From NCBI GenBank assembly GCA_964402035.1, contig CAYOAM010000001.1:179558-243557 (forward strand): a DNA stretch of 64,000 nt, in the 5' to 3' direction. This document shows positions 1 to 9,853 of this stretch, piece by piece. The notes beneath the pieces were generated by a model. That model made no database searches. It was not told the origin of the DNA and saw nothing but the letters and a program-made list of their open reading frames with translations. How positions within the stretch are numbered: position 1 is the stretch's first letter; every line of letters begins with the position of its first letter. Source of the DNA: an uncultured Candidatus Saccharibacteria bacterium (GTDB lineage: Bacteria > Patescibacteriota > Minisyncoccia > Phycocordibacterales > UBA918). The position numbers and the translations under genes are program-made.

Positions 1-857
1 AGGAGTGTGACGATGGCAACAATACCTCAAACGATTTTTGTGCAGCAGATTGTACGGTTGAAAATGCGGGCGGTGGCGGTGGTTCATCGAGTGGAGGAGG
101 AGGTGGATCTTCTGGCGGAAGCCCCGATGGACCAATGGGAGACACTCAGGTCAGTATTACCGGTAAGGCGTATCCTAATGCGACCGTAAATGTACTCTTG
201 GACGGTGACGTCATTGGTACGGTGCGCGCCAACAATCAGGCTGACTTTACATTTAGTACAGATATTGAACCTGGTACAAATTCCTTCGGTTTCTGGGCAA
301 AGGATTCAAACAGCATTAGATCTATTACCTTAAATACAACATTTGACGTGACGCAGGGTGCGGTGACCACTATTAGTGGCATTATGCTGCCTCCAACAAT
401 CGTTGCAACTCCAAGTCGTGTTGATAAAGGTAGCCCTATCACATTTTCTGGTAAAACAGTCCCAAACTTTACCGTGAAATCATATATTGACACGAGTGCA
501 TTCGTAGAATCCGCTGTGGCAAACAGTAGTGGGGAATGGCAGCTTGTCTTTGATACATCGCGCCTATCTGAAGCCACACATACGGTAAAACCAAAATTTG
601 AGCAATTGACTGGTGGGAAACTCACGGAGAGCAATTTTGGTCAAACACTTTCATTTTATGTAGGGGCTGGCCCTACCGGTGAGATTTCAAGTTCTGATCT
701 CAATAAAGATGGAAAGATAAACTTGATAGACTTTTCGATTTTGATATTTTGGTGGGGGACCAATGGAGGAAATTCAAGTCCTCGCGCAGACATAAATGCC
801 AATGGCAAAGTGGGCCTCGAAGATTTTTCTATATTGTTGTTTAACTGGACAGGCTAG
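1..857 (+). CDS. Dockerin-repeat protein, 5'-partial (reading frame is open to the window start)
   Basis: Frame 3 is open from nt 3. The C-terminus has two dockerin-type Ca-binding repeats (DLNKDGKINLIDFSILIFWWG and ADINANGKVGLEDFSILLFNW). The upstream part is a Gly/Ser linker. Confidence 0.6.
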   Translation, partial: ECDDGNNTSNDFCAADCTVENAGGGGGSSSGGGGGSSGGSPDGPMGDTQVSITGKAYPNATVNVLLDGDVIGTVRANNQADFTFSTDIEPGTNSFGFWAKDSNSIRSITLNTTFDVTQGAVTTISGIMLPPTIVATPSRVDKGSPITFSGKTVPNFTVKSYIDTSAFVESAVANSSGEWQLVFDTSRLSEATHTVKPKFEQLTGGKLTESNFGQTLSFYVGAGPTGEISSSDLNKDGKINLIDFSILIFWWGTNGGNSSPRADINANGKVGLEDFSILLFNWTG

Positions 858-930
858 ATATTATTTTTTTGTGTATAACTCACGCAATGCTTGTTGCTGT
901 GCGTGTACAATGTAAGTACGTTTGACACAG

Positions 931-972
931 AGCGTTGTCCCCATGAGTATCTATACGAGTGGGGACAACGCT
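931..972. repeat. 12-bp perfect inverted repeat (agcgttgtcccc / ggggacaacgct) with an 18-nt loop; no U-tract follows
   Basis: Seen directly in the sequence. It lies just upstream of the IS481-like HTH fragment and is not a canonical terminator. Confidence 0.4.
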
Positions 973-982
973 TGGCAAGAAC

Positions 983-1201
983 ATGCATCAGCAAACCAAA
1001 TTGACGCCAGTCCTTCGTAAAGAAATTTATGAGAAATGGCGCAAAGGTAAGGGGTCATGGTCATTGCGGGTACTTGCAGCCGAGTATCATGTAGACAAAC
1101 GGGTCATTAGTCGAATACTTGAACGCGGAAGCCGTGGAGACTTCAGTGTTCATAGCAGTGCTAATCTCCGATATCGAAAGAGCACGATATCGAAGCGCTG
1201 A
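983..1201 (+). pseudogene. IS481-family-like transposase N-terminal HTH fragment (remnant lacking the integrase catalytic domain)
   Basis: KLTPVLRKEIYEKW...GSWSLRVLAAEYHVDKRVISRILERGSRGDFSVHSS follows the IS481/IS3 N-terminal HTH pattern (LTP.GR...G.S...A..f.VS..TV.RW..R). The ORF is only about 72-80 aa with no rve domain downstream. Confidence 0.3.
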
Positions 1202-1245
1202 TTTTATAAGCGACTGTGGCAAGAAGATAACACAACAAAGAGCAT

Positions 1246-2361
1246 ATGAGTCACACGGAAGCGTCCGTGCGCATGCTCCGAGTAGTCGCGTGTGTTGTGG
1301 GAATTGCACTATTTTTTTGGAGTGTTAGTTTCCCAACACTCTTTAGGGCGGTAGAAGCAGCTTCAATCACGTCTGCGAGTGATACGCTGTCGGATTCTGA
1401 TCAAAATGTGGCTTCAAACCACGTTATCAGATTTACGACACCAAATGGTATCCTTCCAAACGAGACCATCCTCATCACATTTCCAGCAGGATTTGACCTG
1501 ACAGATAACACGCCGACAGGTCTAAATTTTGATGATTTGGATTTGACAGATGATGGAGTAGAGCAAACGTTAGCTGACTCAAACGGTGTCGCACAGTGGG
1601 GCGTTGCAACAACAACGACCACTATCCAACTTACGGCTCCGTCGGGTTCTACGGTAGGTTCTAGTTCGGTCTTAGTGATTGAAATTGGTAATAATGCAAC
1701 ATCAGGGTCAACGGGTGATACTCAAATCATCAATCCTGGGTTGGGTTCTTACACAATCGACATTGCTGGTAGCATGGAGGACTCAGGTTCACTCATGGTT
1801 GCTATCGTCGACAATGTTGTCGTGACTGCTAGTGTTGATACAAATTTTAGCTTTGCCGTTGCGGGGGTTGGGACGGGGCTTTCCGTAAATGGAACGACCA
1901 CCTCGACTACCTCAACAGCGACCGCTATACCATTTGAGACATTATCAAATGGGGTCATCAAAACGCTAGCTCAGGATCTTACCGTTACTACAAATGCCTC
2001 AAACGGCTTTGCAATAACGGTGTACCAGGATACCAATCTTATTTCATCGACAGGGGCTGACATTGATGGGTTCGCTGATGGGGCGTATACCGATACACCC
2101 TCACCATGGGCACATCCAACCGCTAGTCCTTCGAATGAAAAAACATGGGGTCACTGGGGACTAACGTCCACTGATGCAGATCTTTTTGGAAGCAACTTAT
2201 GGGTTTCTCCTAGTACCACACCGCGAACCGTGTTCTCACACACTTCAGTAGTGAATGCGAGCACAACACGTGTTGGATATCAGGCAGAAATCAGTACCCT
2301 CCAAGAGGCTGGTGATGATTACACGACGACACTAACGTACATCGCAACACCGACATTCTAA
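1246..2361 (+). CDS. Secreted Thr/Ser-rich surface protein with N-terminal signal/TM (possible WxL-like C-terminal region)
   Basis: Hydrophobic N-terminus (LRVVACVVGIALFFWSV), long Thr/Ser/Gly-rich beta-like repeats and a C-terminal W-x-L-like segment (KTWGHWGLTST...LWVSP). A terminator follows. Confidence 0.55.
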   Translation: MSHTEASVRMLRVVACVVGIALFFWSVSFPTLFRAVEAASITSASDTLSDSDQNVASNHVIRFTTPNGILPNETILITFPAGFDLTDNTPTGLNFDDLDLTDDGVEQTLADSNGVAQWGVATTTTTIQLTAPSGSTVGSSSVLVIEIGNNATSGSTGDTQIINPGLGSYTIDIAGSMEDSGSLMVAIVDNVVVTASVDTNFSFAVAGVGTGLSVNGTTTSTTSTATAIPFETLSNGVIKTLAQDLTVTTNASNGFAITVYQDTNLISSTGADIDGFADGAYTDTPSPWAHPTASPSNEKTWGHWGLTSTDADLFGSNLWVSPSTTPRTVFSHTSVVNASTTRVGYQAEISTLQEAGDDYTTTLTYIATPTF

Positions 2362-2395
2362 AGAAGCACGCTTTACTTTGTGGAGCCGAAAAACC

Positions 2396-2424
2396 CTATC
2401 TCCCACCACGAGTGGGGTTTTTTC
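2396..2424 (+). terminator. Rho-independent terminator (cccac-cacga-gtggg followed by TTTTTT)
   Basis: Hairpin plus U-tract located 35 nt after the stop of the 1246-2361 gene. Confidence 0.6.
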
Positions 2425-2479
2425 GTTCTCAACATTTCTCTACATGTTAGAAAAAAAACGAATCAACTTTTGCTATACT

Positions 2480-3523
2480 ATGGTTATGCAAGTACGCACT
2501 AAGCGATTTTTTTTCTCTATTGCGCTCTTTGTTTCTCTATATGCTGCTTTTCCTCATTCGGGTATGGCAGCCACATTGTATGTAAGTCCGTCGACTGCAG
2601 ATGTGCTGATGGGTGACTCAGTGAGTCTAGATGTGCGTATCGATACGGACGAAGGCGAGTGTATCAATACCGTAGATGCAGTCATTACCTATGGAGATGG
2701 TATTCAAGCAGTTGATGTATCGCGAGGGAGCTCAATTCTAACGTTGTGGGTCGAAGAGCCGCATATTGATGATGGTACGCAAACCATCACGTTTGCGGGC
2801 GGTATTCCAAATGGATATTGTGGACGCATACCCGGAGATCCAAGTCTGACTAATGTTATTGCAAAATTGGTATTTCGTGCGCCTGGATTTTCTGTTGGTG
2901 CATCACAAAGCAACACGGCGACCATCGCATTTGATAGTGCAACGCGCGTGCTTTTGAATGATGGATTCGGAACACCGGCGCAATTACAGACATTGGATGC
3001 AACGGTCCAATTGATAAAAAAGGTTGGCACTACGACGAGCGATATTTGGCGTGATGCAATTACTGATGATACACAGTCGCCGCAACCATTTAGTATAGAA
3101 TTAGTACACAACCCTGACGTGTTTAGTGGAAAATATTACATTGTATTTAACACAACAGACAAACAATCTGGTCTTGATCATTTTGAAATATTTGAGGAAT
3201 CAGCAAACGATCTATATTCATTTTCTTGGGGAAGTGCGGAAACACCATGGACAAAAGAAGAGAGCCCATACGTACTACATGATCAAGATCTACGGAGCAC
3301 CATACGGGTAAAAGCCGTCGACAAGGCGGGTAATGAACGTATTGCGACACTTATACCAGATGAAAGTTTACGGAGAATCCCAGTAATTGTGTATAGTATC
3401 GCCGCTTTTGTGAGTGTGGTAGGTATTATATTGTTGGGTCTTGCTGTGTGGTATTTTGTGCGCCGTCGCAAAAAAAAGGGTGCCGCTCTTACGCCGGAGT
3501 CTGATGTCGGAGACACTATCTGA
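2480..3523 (+). CDS. Cohesin-domain protein, signal peptide, C-terminal TM anchor
   Basis: Signal peptide MVMQVRTKRFFFSIALFVSLYAAF. Cohesin-like block (LYVSPSTADVLMGDSVSLDVRIDTDEGECINTVDAVITYGDGIQAVD...SILTLWVEEP). C-terminal TM helix followed by RRRKKKG. Confidence 0.6.
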   Translation: MVMQVRTKRFFFSIALFVSLYAAFPHSGMAATLYVSPSTADVLMGDSVSLDVRIDTDEGECINTVDAVITYGDGIQAVDVSRGSSILTLWVEEPHIDDGTQTITFAGGIPNGYCGRIPGDPSLTNVIAKLVFRAPGFSVGASQSNTATIAFDSATRVLLNDGFGTPAQLQTLDATVQLIKKVGTTTSDIWRDAITDDTQSPQPFSIELVHNPDVFSGKYYIVFNTTDKQSGLDHFEIFEESANDLYSFSWGSAETPWTKEESPYVLHDQDLRSTIRVKAVDKAGNERIATLIPDESLRRIPVIVYSIAAFVSVVGIILLGLAVWYFVRRRKKKGAALTPESDVGDTI

Positions 3524-3526
3524 TAT

Positions 3527-5263
3527 ATGTATAAAAATTTGTTTCCACTGTCAATGCCACTCGTGTACGTGCTTTTTGCTGTGTTACTTTTTTTTACGTA
3601 TGACGTTGCGAGCGTTGCTGCAGCTAATCTTCGGCTGTCACCAGAGACGGGCATATATACGACAGGGAATACATTTTCAGTACGTGTGCTCGTGAATACG
3701 CAAGGGCAACCCATCAACGCTGCTGAGGGAGAAATATCATTCAATCAAAGTGATCTCTCAGTTGTCAGTATTTCAAAAGTCGGGTCACTGTTTACGTTGT
3801 GGACTCGAGAACCAGAATTTTCAAATAGCACGGGAAAGATTTATTTTGGAGGCGGTTCCCCGAGTGGGTATACCGGTGCAGCAGGCACCATCATGACGAT
3901 CACCTTTAAGGCAAAATATGCTGGCAGCTCACAGGTCAGCTATTCTTCTGGCTCAATCCTAGCCGCTGATGGTCGCGGTACAAATATTCTTTCAACGATG
4001 CAGGGCGCAACCTATACACTCCAAGCTGCTTTGAGTGTGCCACCTCCAGAATATGTACCTCCTGCAAATACACCCGGTGCTCCCATGGTGACATCTACGA
4101 CTCATCCTAATCCTGCATCATGGTACAAGAGTACGTCGGCTCAGCTTGCGTGGGAATTACCCAATGGGATCACTGCCGTCCGTACCGCGCTCGATCAGAA
4201 AGAGTTGACCATCCCAACAAAAACCTACGAAGAGCCGATACGTGAAATCACGCTTTCTGATCTCAGTGAAGGTGTTTCCTATTTTCATATTCAGTTTAAA
4301 AACGCTGATGGTTGGGGTCGCGTTACGCATTATCGTATTGCAACTGATAGTGAAAAACCAGTGTCGTTTGCGCTATCGCTTGCAGATGGTAATGATCCAG
4401 GAAATCTTGAGCAGGCTATACGTTTTGACGTGGTGGATCAAGGGTCAGGTGTCTCGCATTATGAAATTCAATTGGATGGCGGAGAGCGCGTTCGTTTTGA
4501 AGATCCTGAGCATACGAAGACATATAAGACGGCACGCCTAACACCGGGGGATCATACGATTGTTGTTGAGGCATTTGATCACGCTTTAAATAGTATTGTT
4601 GGTTCACTGCATTTCAACATACAGACGTTTGATGCGCCTCTATTTACGGAATATCCGCACGAAGTGAGTAGTGACGTCATACCGGTACTTCGTGGTACCA
4701 CTCGAGGAAATGCACAAGTCACCATCGATCTTACAAAGATAGGGGCCCAGACGCAGACCTATGTCGTCACTTCGGACACAAACGGCGTCTTTACCTTTAT
4801 ACCGGAAGGCCGATTTACGGAAGGAGTCTACGAAGTCACCGCAATAGCGACGGATGCATTTGGGGCACAAAGTGAGTCCTCTGAAAAAATTCGCATCGCG
4901 GTCCAAAAACCTGGCTTGATTCGTCTCGGTGGCATTGTGATAAACTTTCTTTCAGTAATAGTACCACTACTTGCACTACTCGGCCTTTTGATACTTACGA
5001 GCTGGTACGGGCTGCATCGTATACAGCGCATGCGACGTCGTATACGTAAAGAAGTTGTCGAAGCGGAGCAGAGTCTCGCACGTGAATTCGCAAGCATTGT
5101 GGCTGCAGTAAAGCGAGATGTGGTGATGCTTCGTGATGTGCGTAAAGGAAAGCTCACCAAGCAAGAGGATGTGCTGATTGATGGATTGACCGAGAATCTT
5201 GCGGTAGCTGAAAAACGTATAAAGAAAGAAATCGAAGACATAGAGAAATTGGTGCGCCGCTAA
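3527..5263 (+). CDS. Cohesin-domain surface protein with Ig/FN3-like repeats, TM helix and coiled-coil cytoplasmic tail
   Basis: Signal peptide. Cohesin-like block (LRLSPETGIYTTGNTFSVRVLVNTQGQPINAAEGEISFNQSDLSVVSISKVGSLFTLWTREP). TM helix (VINFLSVIVPLLALLGLLILT) followed by a basic coiled-coil tail. Confidence 0.6.
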   Translation: MYKNLFPLSMPLVYVLFAVLLFFTYDVASVAAANLRLSPETGIYTTGNTFSVRVLVNTQGQPINAAEGEISFNQSDLSVVSISKVGSLFTLWTREPEFSNSTGKIYFGGGSPSGYTGAAGTIMTITFKAKYAGSSQVSYSSGSILAADGRGTNILSTMQGATYTLQAALSVPPPEYVPPANTPGAPMVTSTTHPNPASWYKSTSAQLAWELPNGITAVRTALDQKELTIPTKTYEEPIREITLSDLSEGVSYFHIQFKNADGWGRVTHYRIATDSEKPVSFALSLADGNDPGNLEQAIRFDVVDQGSGVSHYEIQLDGGERVRFEDPEHTKTYKTARLTPGDHTIVVEAFDHALNSIVGSLHFNIQTFDAPLFTEYPHEVSSDVIPVLRGTTRGNAQVTIDLTKIGAQTQTYVVTSDTNGVFTFIPEGRFTEGVYEVTAIATDAFGAQSESSEKIRIAVQKPGLIRLGGIVINFLSVIVPLLALLGLLILTSWYGLHRIQRMRRRIRKEVVEAEQSLAREFASIVAAVKRDVVMLRDVRKGKLTKQEDVLIDGLTENLAVAEKRIKKEIEDIEKLVRR

Positions 5264-5266
5264 CGT

Positions 5267-5947
5267 ATGTTTGTCACTTCACAAAAATATCTGTTCAGCT
5301 TGCTCTTTTTTCTCTTGCTCGGTGGCATAGTACTCGTCGTCCTCTCTACGGTACATGCACAAAAAAAGCGAGACGTACTGCATACCATAGAAGAACATAT
5401 CGATAGCGTTCGATCGGTGTTGGTTGTTGCGCTGCAAACGACCAGTAGCAATGATGTAGATCCAGATGTCAATGCACTAATAAAGGATTGTCAAAGACGA
5501 GACGCTTTTGACGCAGAACTTGGTAGGCTCAATACCTTGACCACTACAGAGTTGCGGACGCTTACTGGTCTTTTTGATGCGTGTGGCGATTACTTTTCGG
5601 TACGAAAAAAATTGATGGTCTATAAGATTGATTTTTTGATTGATGCAATGCATACCGATGTAGAGTACATCGCTCAGTATGCAGACGGTACGAAGTATAG
5701 TGCACTAGCGAAACTGTGGTCTGACATTGGTGCGCAAGAGCGACATCGTAGTGAACTTCTTGGTGAACAGGTGACATTGCAGGGTACGATCATTGAAAAA
5801 TTGTTAGCACGTGATCAGCCTTCACTCAAAACGCTTGTTGAACGAGCGCAAGATATTGGCCAACAACTACAAGTCTTGCAAGTTGAAATACAAAATTTGG
5901 TTGACCGTGAAGCTTCGCTCTGGAGTACGGTGGTTGAGCAGACATAG
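5267..5947 (+). CDS. Membrane-anchored coiled-coil hypothetical protein
   Basis: N-terminal TM helix (LFSLLFFLLLGGIVLVVL), the rest predicted helical. No recognisable catalytic motif. Confidence 0.45.
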   Translation: MFVTSQKYLFSLLFFLLLGGIVLVVLSTVHAQKKRDVLHTIEEHIDSVRSVLVVALQTTSSNDVDPDVNALIKDCQRRDAFDAELGRLNTLTTTELRTLTGLFDACGDYFSVRKKLMVYKIDFLIDAMHTDVEYIAQYADGTKYSALAKLWSDIGAQERHRSELLGEQVTLQGTIIEKLLARDQPSLKTLVERAQDIGQQLQVLQVEIQNLVDREASLWSTVVEQT

Positions 5948-5950
5948 AAT

Positions 5951-6700
5951 ATGAATACCTTCCGACGATTATATCGGACATGGCGAATGCGGCATCGACG
6001 CGAAAGAAGCATGACCGTCCGCTTTGCATTTCCTGCGGTGGTTGTTTTTTCTGCTTTTATGGGACTTGCGCTCACACTATCCTCAGAATCATCCTATGTG
6101 CGCATCGACACCACCCCAAAAGAAGTAGCTGCTGGTGAGACGTTTACTATCAATATATACGCTTCGGCACATGTGCCGACAAACGCCATTGATATAAAGG
6201 TAACCTATCCCGAACAGCAACTTGATATTTTAGGTGTTGATGTTGGAGAGTCGATTATTACTATTTGGACCGAGGAGCCTACAGCAAAAAATGGCGTCAT
6301 ACAGCTACGGGGCGGTGTGTACCGCAAGGGTTTTTTGGGTGAACATGTTATTGCGCACGTAAATGCACGTGCTGTAGATTCTGGTGTTGCACGAATACTC
6401 GCATCAGAAACAGTCTTTTTGGCAGGCGATGGTAGAGGTTCGCAGGTGCCGGTCACGAAACTGGGTGGAGAAAAAGCAGAGATTTCTATTGGAGAGCGTA
6501 GTCTCGAGGGTACACTTGAGAGCAAGGTTACGATCGGCATCGTTACTGATATCGATGGCGACGGGGATGTAGATCTTACCGATATAGAGCGTTTTCTATC
6601 CGATTGGAATGCGCGTCGATCACGGTACGACTTTAATGGAGACGGAAAGATGAGCTTTGTTGATTTTGCTATATTGCTTGCACAGTCATTTTTTAGATAA
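5951..6700 (+). CDS. Cohesin + dockerin dual-module protein (likely true start at ATG 6011)
   Basis: Cohesin-like block (VRIDTTPKEVAAGETFTINIYASAHVPTNAIDIKVTYPEQQLDILGVDVGESIITIWTEEP). C-terminal dockerin repeats (DIDGDGDVDLTDIERFLSDW and DFNGDGKMSFVDFAILLAQ). Signal peptide MTVRFAFPAVVVFSAFMGLALTLS. Confidence 0.6.
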   Translation: MNTFRRLYRTWRMRHRRERSMTVRFAFPAVVVFSAFMGLALTLSSESSYVRIDTTPKEVAAGETFTINIYASAHVPTNAIDIKVTYPEQQLDILGVDVGESIITIWTEEPTAKNGVIQLRGGVYRKGFLGEHVIAHVNARAVDSGVARILASETVFLAGDGRGSQVPVTKLGGEKAEISIGERSLEGTLESKVTIGIVTDIDGDGDVDLTDIERFLSDWNARRSRYDFNGDGKMSFVDFAILLAQSFFR

Positions 6701-6759
6701 TTTTCCAACATAGACCCCATGTTATACTAGCGACACTACACCCCAGTGATTCTTATACT

Positions 6760-7161
6760 ATGGCAAAAGATATAGAAGCTATTTCATTGCTTACGGAGTC
6801 TGAACAGGAGCACTATCTCTCATTGAAAGAAGCTGCGGAGCTTACGGACTACACGCCAGATTATATTGGTCAATTGATTCGCTCGGGTAAAATTGAAGGC
6901 CGTCAGGTGTATACCAATGTCTCTTGGGTGACCACGGAAAAAGCGGTACGTACGTACATGGAGACACGAGGAAAAGTTTTGACAGAACCATCTCTGTCCG
7001 TGACAAGAGATCCACGCCGTGTATTGCAGTATGCGCTCTATGGGATTATTGGCGCTTTAGGGTTTATACTGGTATTGATCGCATATATATTTTTTGTTGG
7101 TGTTGATCGAGCATTGACCGATGTTTCAACGAAAGCAAGTACTATTGAAGGATATGAATAA
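6760..7161 (+). CDS. HTH (excisionase/MerR-like) domain protein with C-terminal TM helix
   Basis: LSLKEAAELTDYTPDYIGQLIRSGKIEGRQV is an HTH_17-like motif. C-terminal TM helix GIIGALGFILVLIAYIFFV. Confidence 0.45.
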   Translation: MAKDIEAISLLTESEQEHYLSLKEAAELTDYTPDYIGQLIRSGKIEGRQVYTNVSWVTTEKAVRTYMETRGKVLTEPSLSVTRDPRRVLQYALYGIIGALGFILVLIAYIFFVGVDRALTDVSTKASTIEGYE

Positions 7162-8158
7162 CAAAGCAGCAGCACGAATTTTTTCTCTAGCATTGCTCTG
7201 TTGCGTGGGATTCTGTGCGATGCCTACAGCGCATGCTAATACCTATGTTGTTGCACCACGATTTATAGATCTCACCGTTGAACCGCGGGATATTATTGAG
7301 GAAAAAATACTCGTCACCAATGGGGGTGCACCCGTATCACTTTTTACGGTCGTTAATGAAGTGACGGTAGGGATTGAAGGCGGGCTCAAAGAGTTTGTGA
7401 CACCCTCTATGTCTGATCGTTCTTCGACACTGACGAGTTGGATTGAAATTAGTCGTGCCGGTTTTGATCTTGCTCCCGGTGCATCTCGTGAACTACCGCT
7501 CGTTATACGAGTGAATCCGTCTGCCGAACCCGGTGAATACCATGCCATGATTGCCTTTGCTCCGGGCACCACGATCGATGATGCCATGCAACGTGTCAAG
7601 CAGGGGGATGTACCCAGCGTGCTCATAAATGTCACCATAGAAAAGAAATCCAATGATTTTGTAAATCTTGCCCGTTTCAGTATAAAAAAGTTTGTAACAG
7701 CATTTCATGATGGCGACGTGCAGTATCGCGTTGATAATACGGGTGATACAGAACTCATTCCGAGCGGAGATATCATCATCTACAATCAACGTGGAGAAGA
7801 AGTGGCAACCGTACCGGTTAATGCAGATGCAAAATCCGTTCGACCGGGAGATACGGTAACATTTTCGGGAGGTGTACCTATTGAGGGTCTATTGGGGAAA
7901 TACAAAGCATTTCTTACACTAAGATATGGCAGTGAGCAGGCGGCTGTATATGACACCGTATATTTTTATGTATTTCCTTGGAAAAAAATCGGCATCATTT
8001 TTGTGATATTCGCCGTCCTTGCTATCGCATGTGCATTGTGGATACACCGGAGATATAGCCAAGACGAAGATGATGATGGAGCGCACGAATTGCCAGTACG
8101 GGTGCGCGAGTCAGCCTCTGTAGCGCACGAACGAGATGTAATCATGCGACCAAAATAA
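7154..8158 (+). CDS. Secreted Ig-like (DUF916-like) surface protein with C-terminal TM anchor, paralog A
   Basis: Signal peptide MNNKAAARIFSLALLCCVGFCAMPTAHA. Shares architecture and motifs with the next gene. C-terminal TM helix followed by a basic stretch. Confidence 0.5.
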   Translation: MNNKAAARIFSLALLCCVGFCAMPTAHANTYVVAPRFIDLTVEPRDIIEEKILVTNGGAPVSLFTVVNEVTVGIEGGLKEFVTPSMSDRSSTLTSWIEISRAGFDLAPGASRELPLVIRVNPSAEPGEYHAMIAFAPGTTIDDAMQRVKQGDVPSVLINVTIEKKSNDFVNLARFSIKKFVTAFHDGDVQYRVDNTGDTELIPSGDIIIYNQRGEEVATVPVNADAKSVRPGDTVTFSGGVPIEGLLGKYKAFLTLRYGSEQAAVYDTVYFYVFPWKKIGIIFVIFAVLAIACALWIHRRYSQDEDDDGAHELPVRVRESASVAHERDVIMRPK

Positions 8159-9819
8159 TGCGCTTTTTATCTATCCATATCATAGGTGCAGCAAGCTTTA
8201 TTGGGATGCTGTTTTTCTCTGTTCCCGTTCATGCACAAGAGTCGTTGTCCATCAGTATCACGCCTCCACTATTCCAGCTCAATGTCACGCCCGGCGAAAC
8301 CTTCAAGAGTTCGGTAAAGGTGATCAATACTAATCGATATCCACTCACGGTGTATGCGACCGTATTTGATTTTAAGCCAAAAGGAGAAGATGGACAGGGT
8401 GATTTCGCTCCTCGTGTGACGGAGGGGGATATGGTGGGTAAGACACTTGCGGATTGGATTTCCCTAGAGTTGGATACGCTGACCGTGCCGCCGGAACAGA
8501 GTACTGAAATCCCAATTACCGTATCGATACCAAACGATGCCACTCCGGGGGGACATTTTGCGGCGATTTTAGTAGGTACCCGTCCTCCGGATAAAGGAGA
8601 TGTGACAGTCGTGCGTACATCACAGGTCGTCACGTCGCTTTTCTTTTTGCGTGTAGCAGGTGACGTGCAAGAAGAAGGAAAGATTCGAGAGTTTTCGGTT
8701 GCACATTTGTTGCGCGAAAGCCCTGAAGCCGAATTTTCTGTCAGATTTGAAAATGTGGGGAACGTGCACTTGCAACCCCAAGGAGGTATTTCTATATACA
8801 ATATGTGGGGTAAAGAACGCGGATTTATACCGATTAATCAAAAATCACATTTTGGAAACGTTTTGCCACAAAGTATACGAAAATTTGATTTTTCATGGCG
8901 TGGAGAGGGATCTATAGCAGACATTGGTCGGTATATGGCTGAAGTAACGCTCGTATATGGACAAGATGGACGTACCACGGTAAACCGTATCTTATATTTT
9001 TGGGTGTTGCCAATTCGGGCTGCTTTGTTGACACTGTGCGGTATCGCAGCATTTGTCTATTTTGTTGTGTGGATGATTCGACGGTATATTCAGCGCACTA
9101 TATATCTTTCTGGGTATGAAGATGTTAGCGTACCGAAAAAACCAACGGTAGTAGAAAACGATGCTGTGACGTTGCGACCATCCTCAACAAAAACCAAGGT
9201 GCCTCGGACGCTTAGCATGCGCGATTATGCTGCACCTTTGCGCGAAGGAGTACTGGATCTAAGGCGACAGATTAATAGTGATGAGGTGATTGAGAGTACG
9301 TTATACGCGCGAATGTTATTGTATATACGAACCTACAAGGTATTCTTTTTGACTATTGGTATAGTGCTCATATTCGGGACGCTTGGTGGCTTGTACCTTG
9401 TGGATGTGCTGACCAAAAATAAATCCTACGAAGTCACTGTTGAGCGAGGGGATGTTAGTGTTGTGATGTCTTCAGAGGAAATAATTAAGGGCCAACTACC
9501 ACATACAGAGGCCACTGCTGCATTGACGCACGCACAAGATTTTACCCTGAACATTCTAAATGCCACAGCTGTACCAGGCTCAGCTGCTACTGTTGGCCAG
9601 CACTTGGAAACACTTGGATATCGCGTACACTCGGTAACCCAAGTTATAGATCGAGCTGATACGACCGAAATATTATACGACCCTGGTCTCAAGGAAGCTG
9701 CAGAGACACTACGTGCCACATTTAGCGATACGGAGGTTCTGATTCGTGAAAACCCTGACAATCAAATATCTACATCAACGATAACAATTATGGTGGGTAT
9801 GGACAATATAAAAGAGTGA
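8158..9819 (+). CDS. Ig-like surface protein, paralog B, with two TM helices and a C-terminal LytR_C (LytR/CpsA/Psr C-terminal) domain
   Basis: Signal peptide, N-terminal domain paralogous to 7154-8158. C-terminal segment matches LytR_C (TLNILNATAVPGSAATVGQHLETLGYRV...TEILYDPG...IMVGMD). Confidence 0.55.
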   Translation: MRFLSIHIIGAASFIGMLFFSVPVHAQESLSISITPPLFQLNVTPGETFKSSVKVINTNRYPLTVYATVFDFKPKGEDGQGDFAPRVTEGDMVGKTLADWISLELDTLTVPPEQSTEIPITVSIPNDATPGGHFAAILVGTRPPDKGDVTVVRTSQVVTSLFFLRVAGDVQEEGKIREFSVAHLLRESPEAEFSVRFENVGNVHLQPQGGISIYNMWGKERGFIPINQKSHFGNVLPQSIRKFDFSWRGEGSIADIGRYMAEVTLVYGQDGRTTVNRILYFWVLPIRAALLTLCGIAAFVYFVVWMIRRYIQRTIYLSGYEDVSVPKKPTVVENDAVTLRPSSTKTKVPRTLSMRDYAAPLREGVLDLRRQINSDEVIESTLYARMLLYIRTYKVFFLTIGIVLIFGTLGGLYLVDVLTKNKSYEVTVERGDVSVVMSSEEIIKGQLPHTEATAALTHAQDFTLNILNATAVPGSAATVGQHLETLGYRVHSVTQVIDRADTTEILYDPGLKEAAETLRATFSDTEVLIRENPDNQISTSTITIMVGMDNIKE

Positions 9820-9853
9820 TATACTAAGCCTATTATTTGTAGATATATACACT

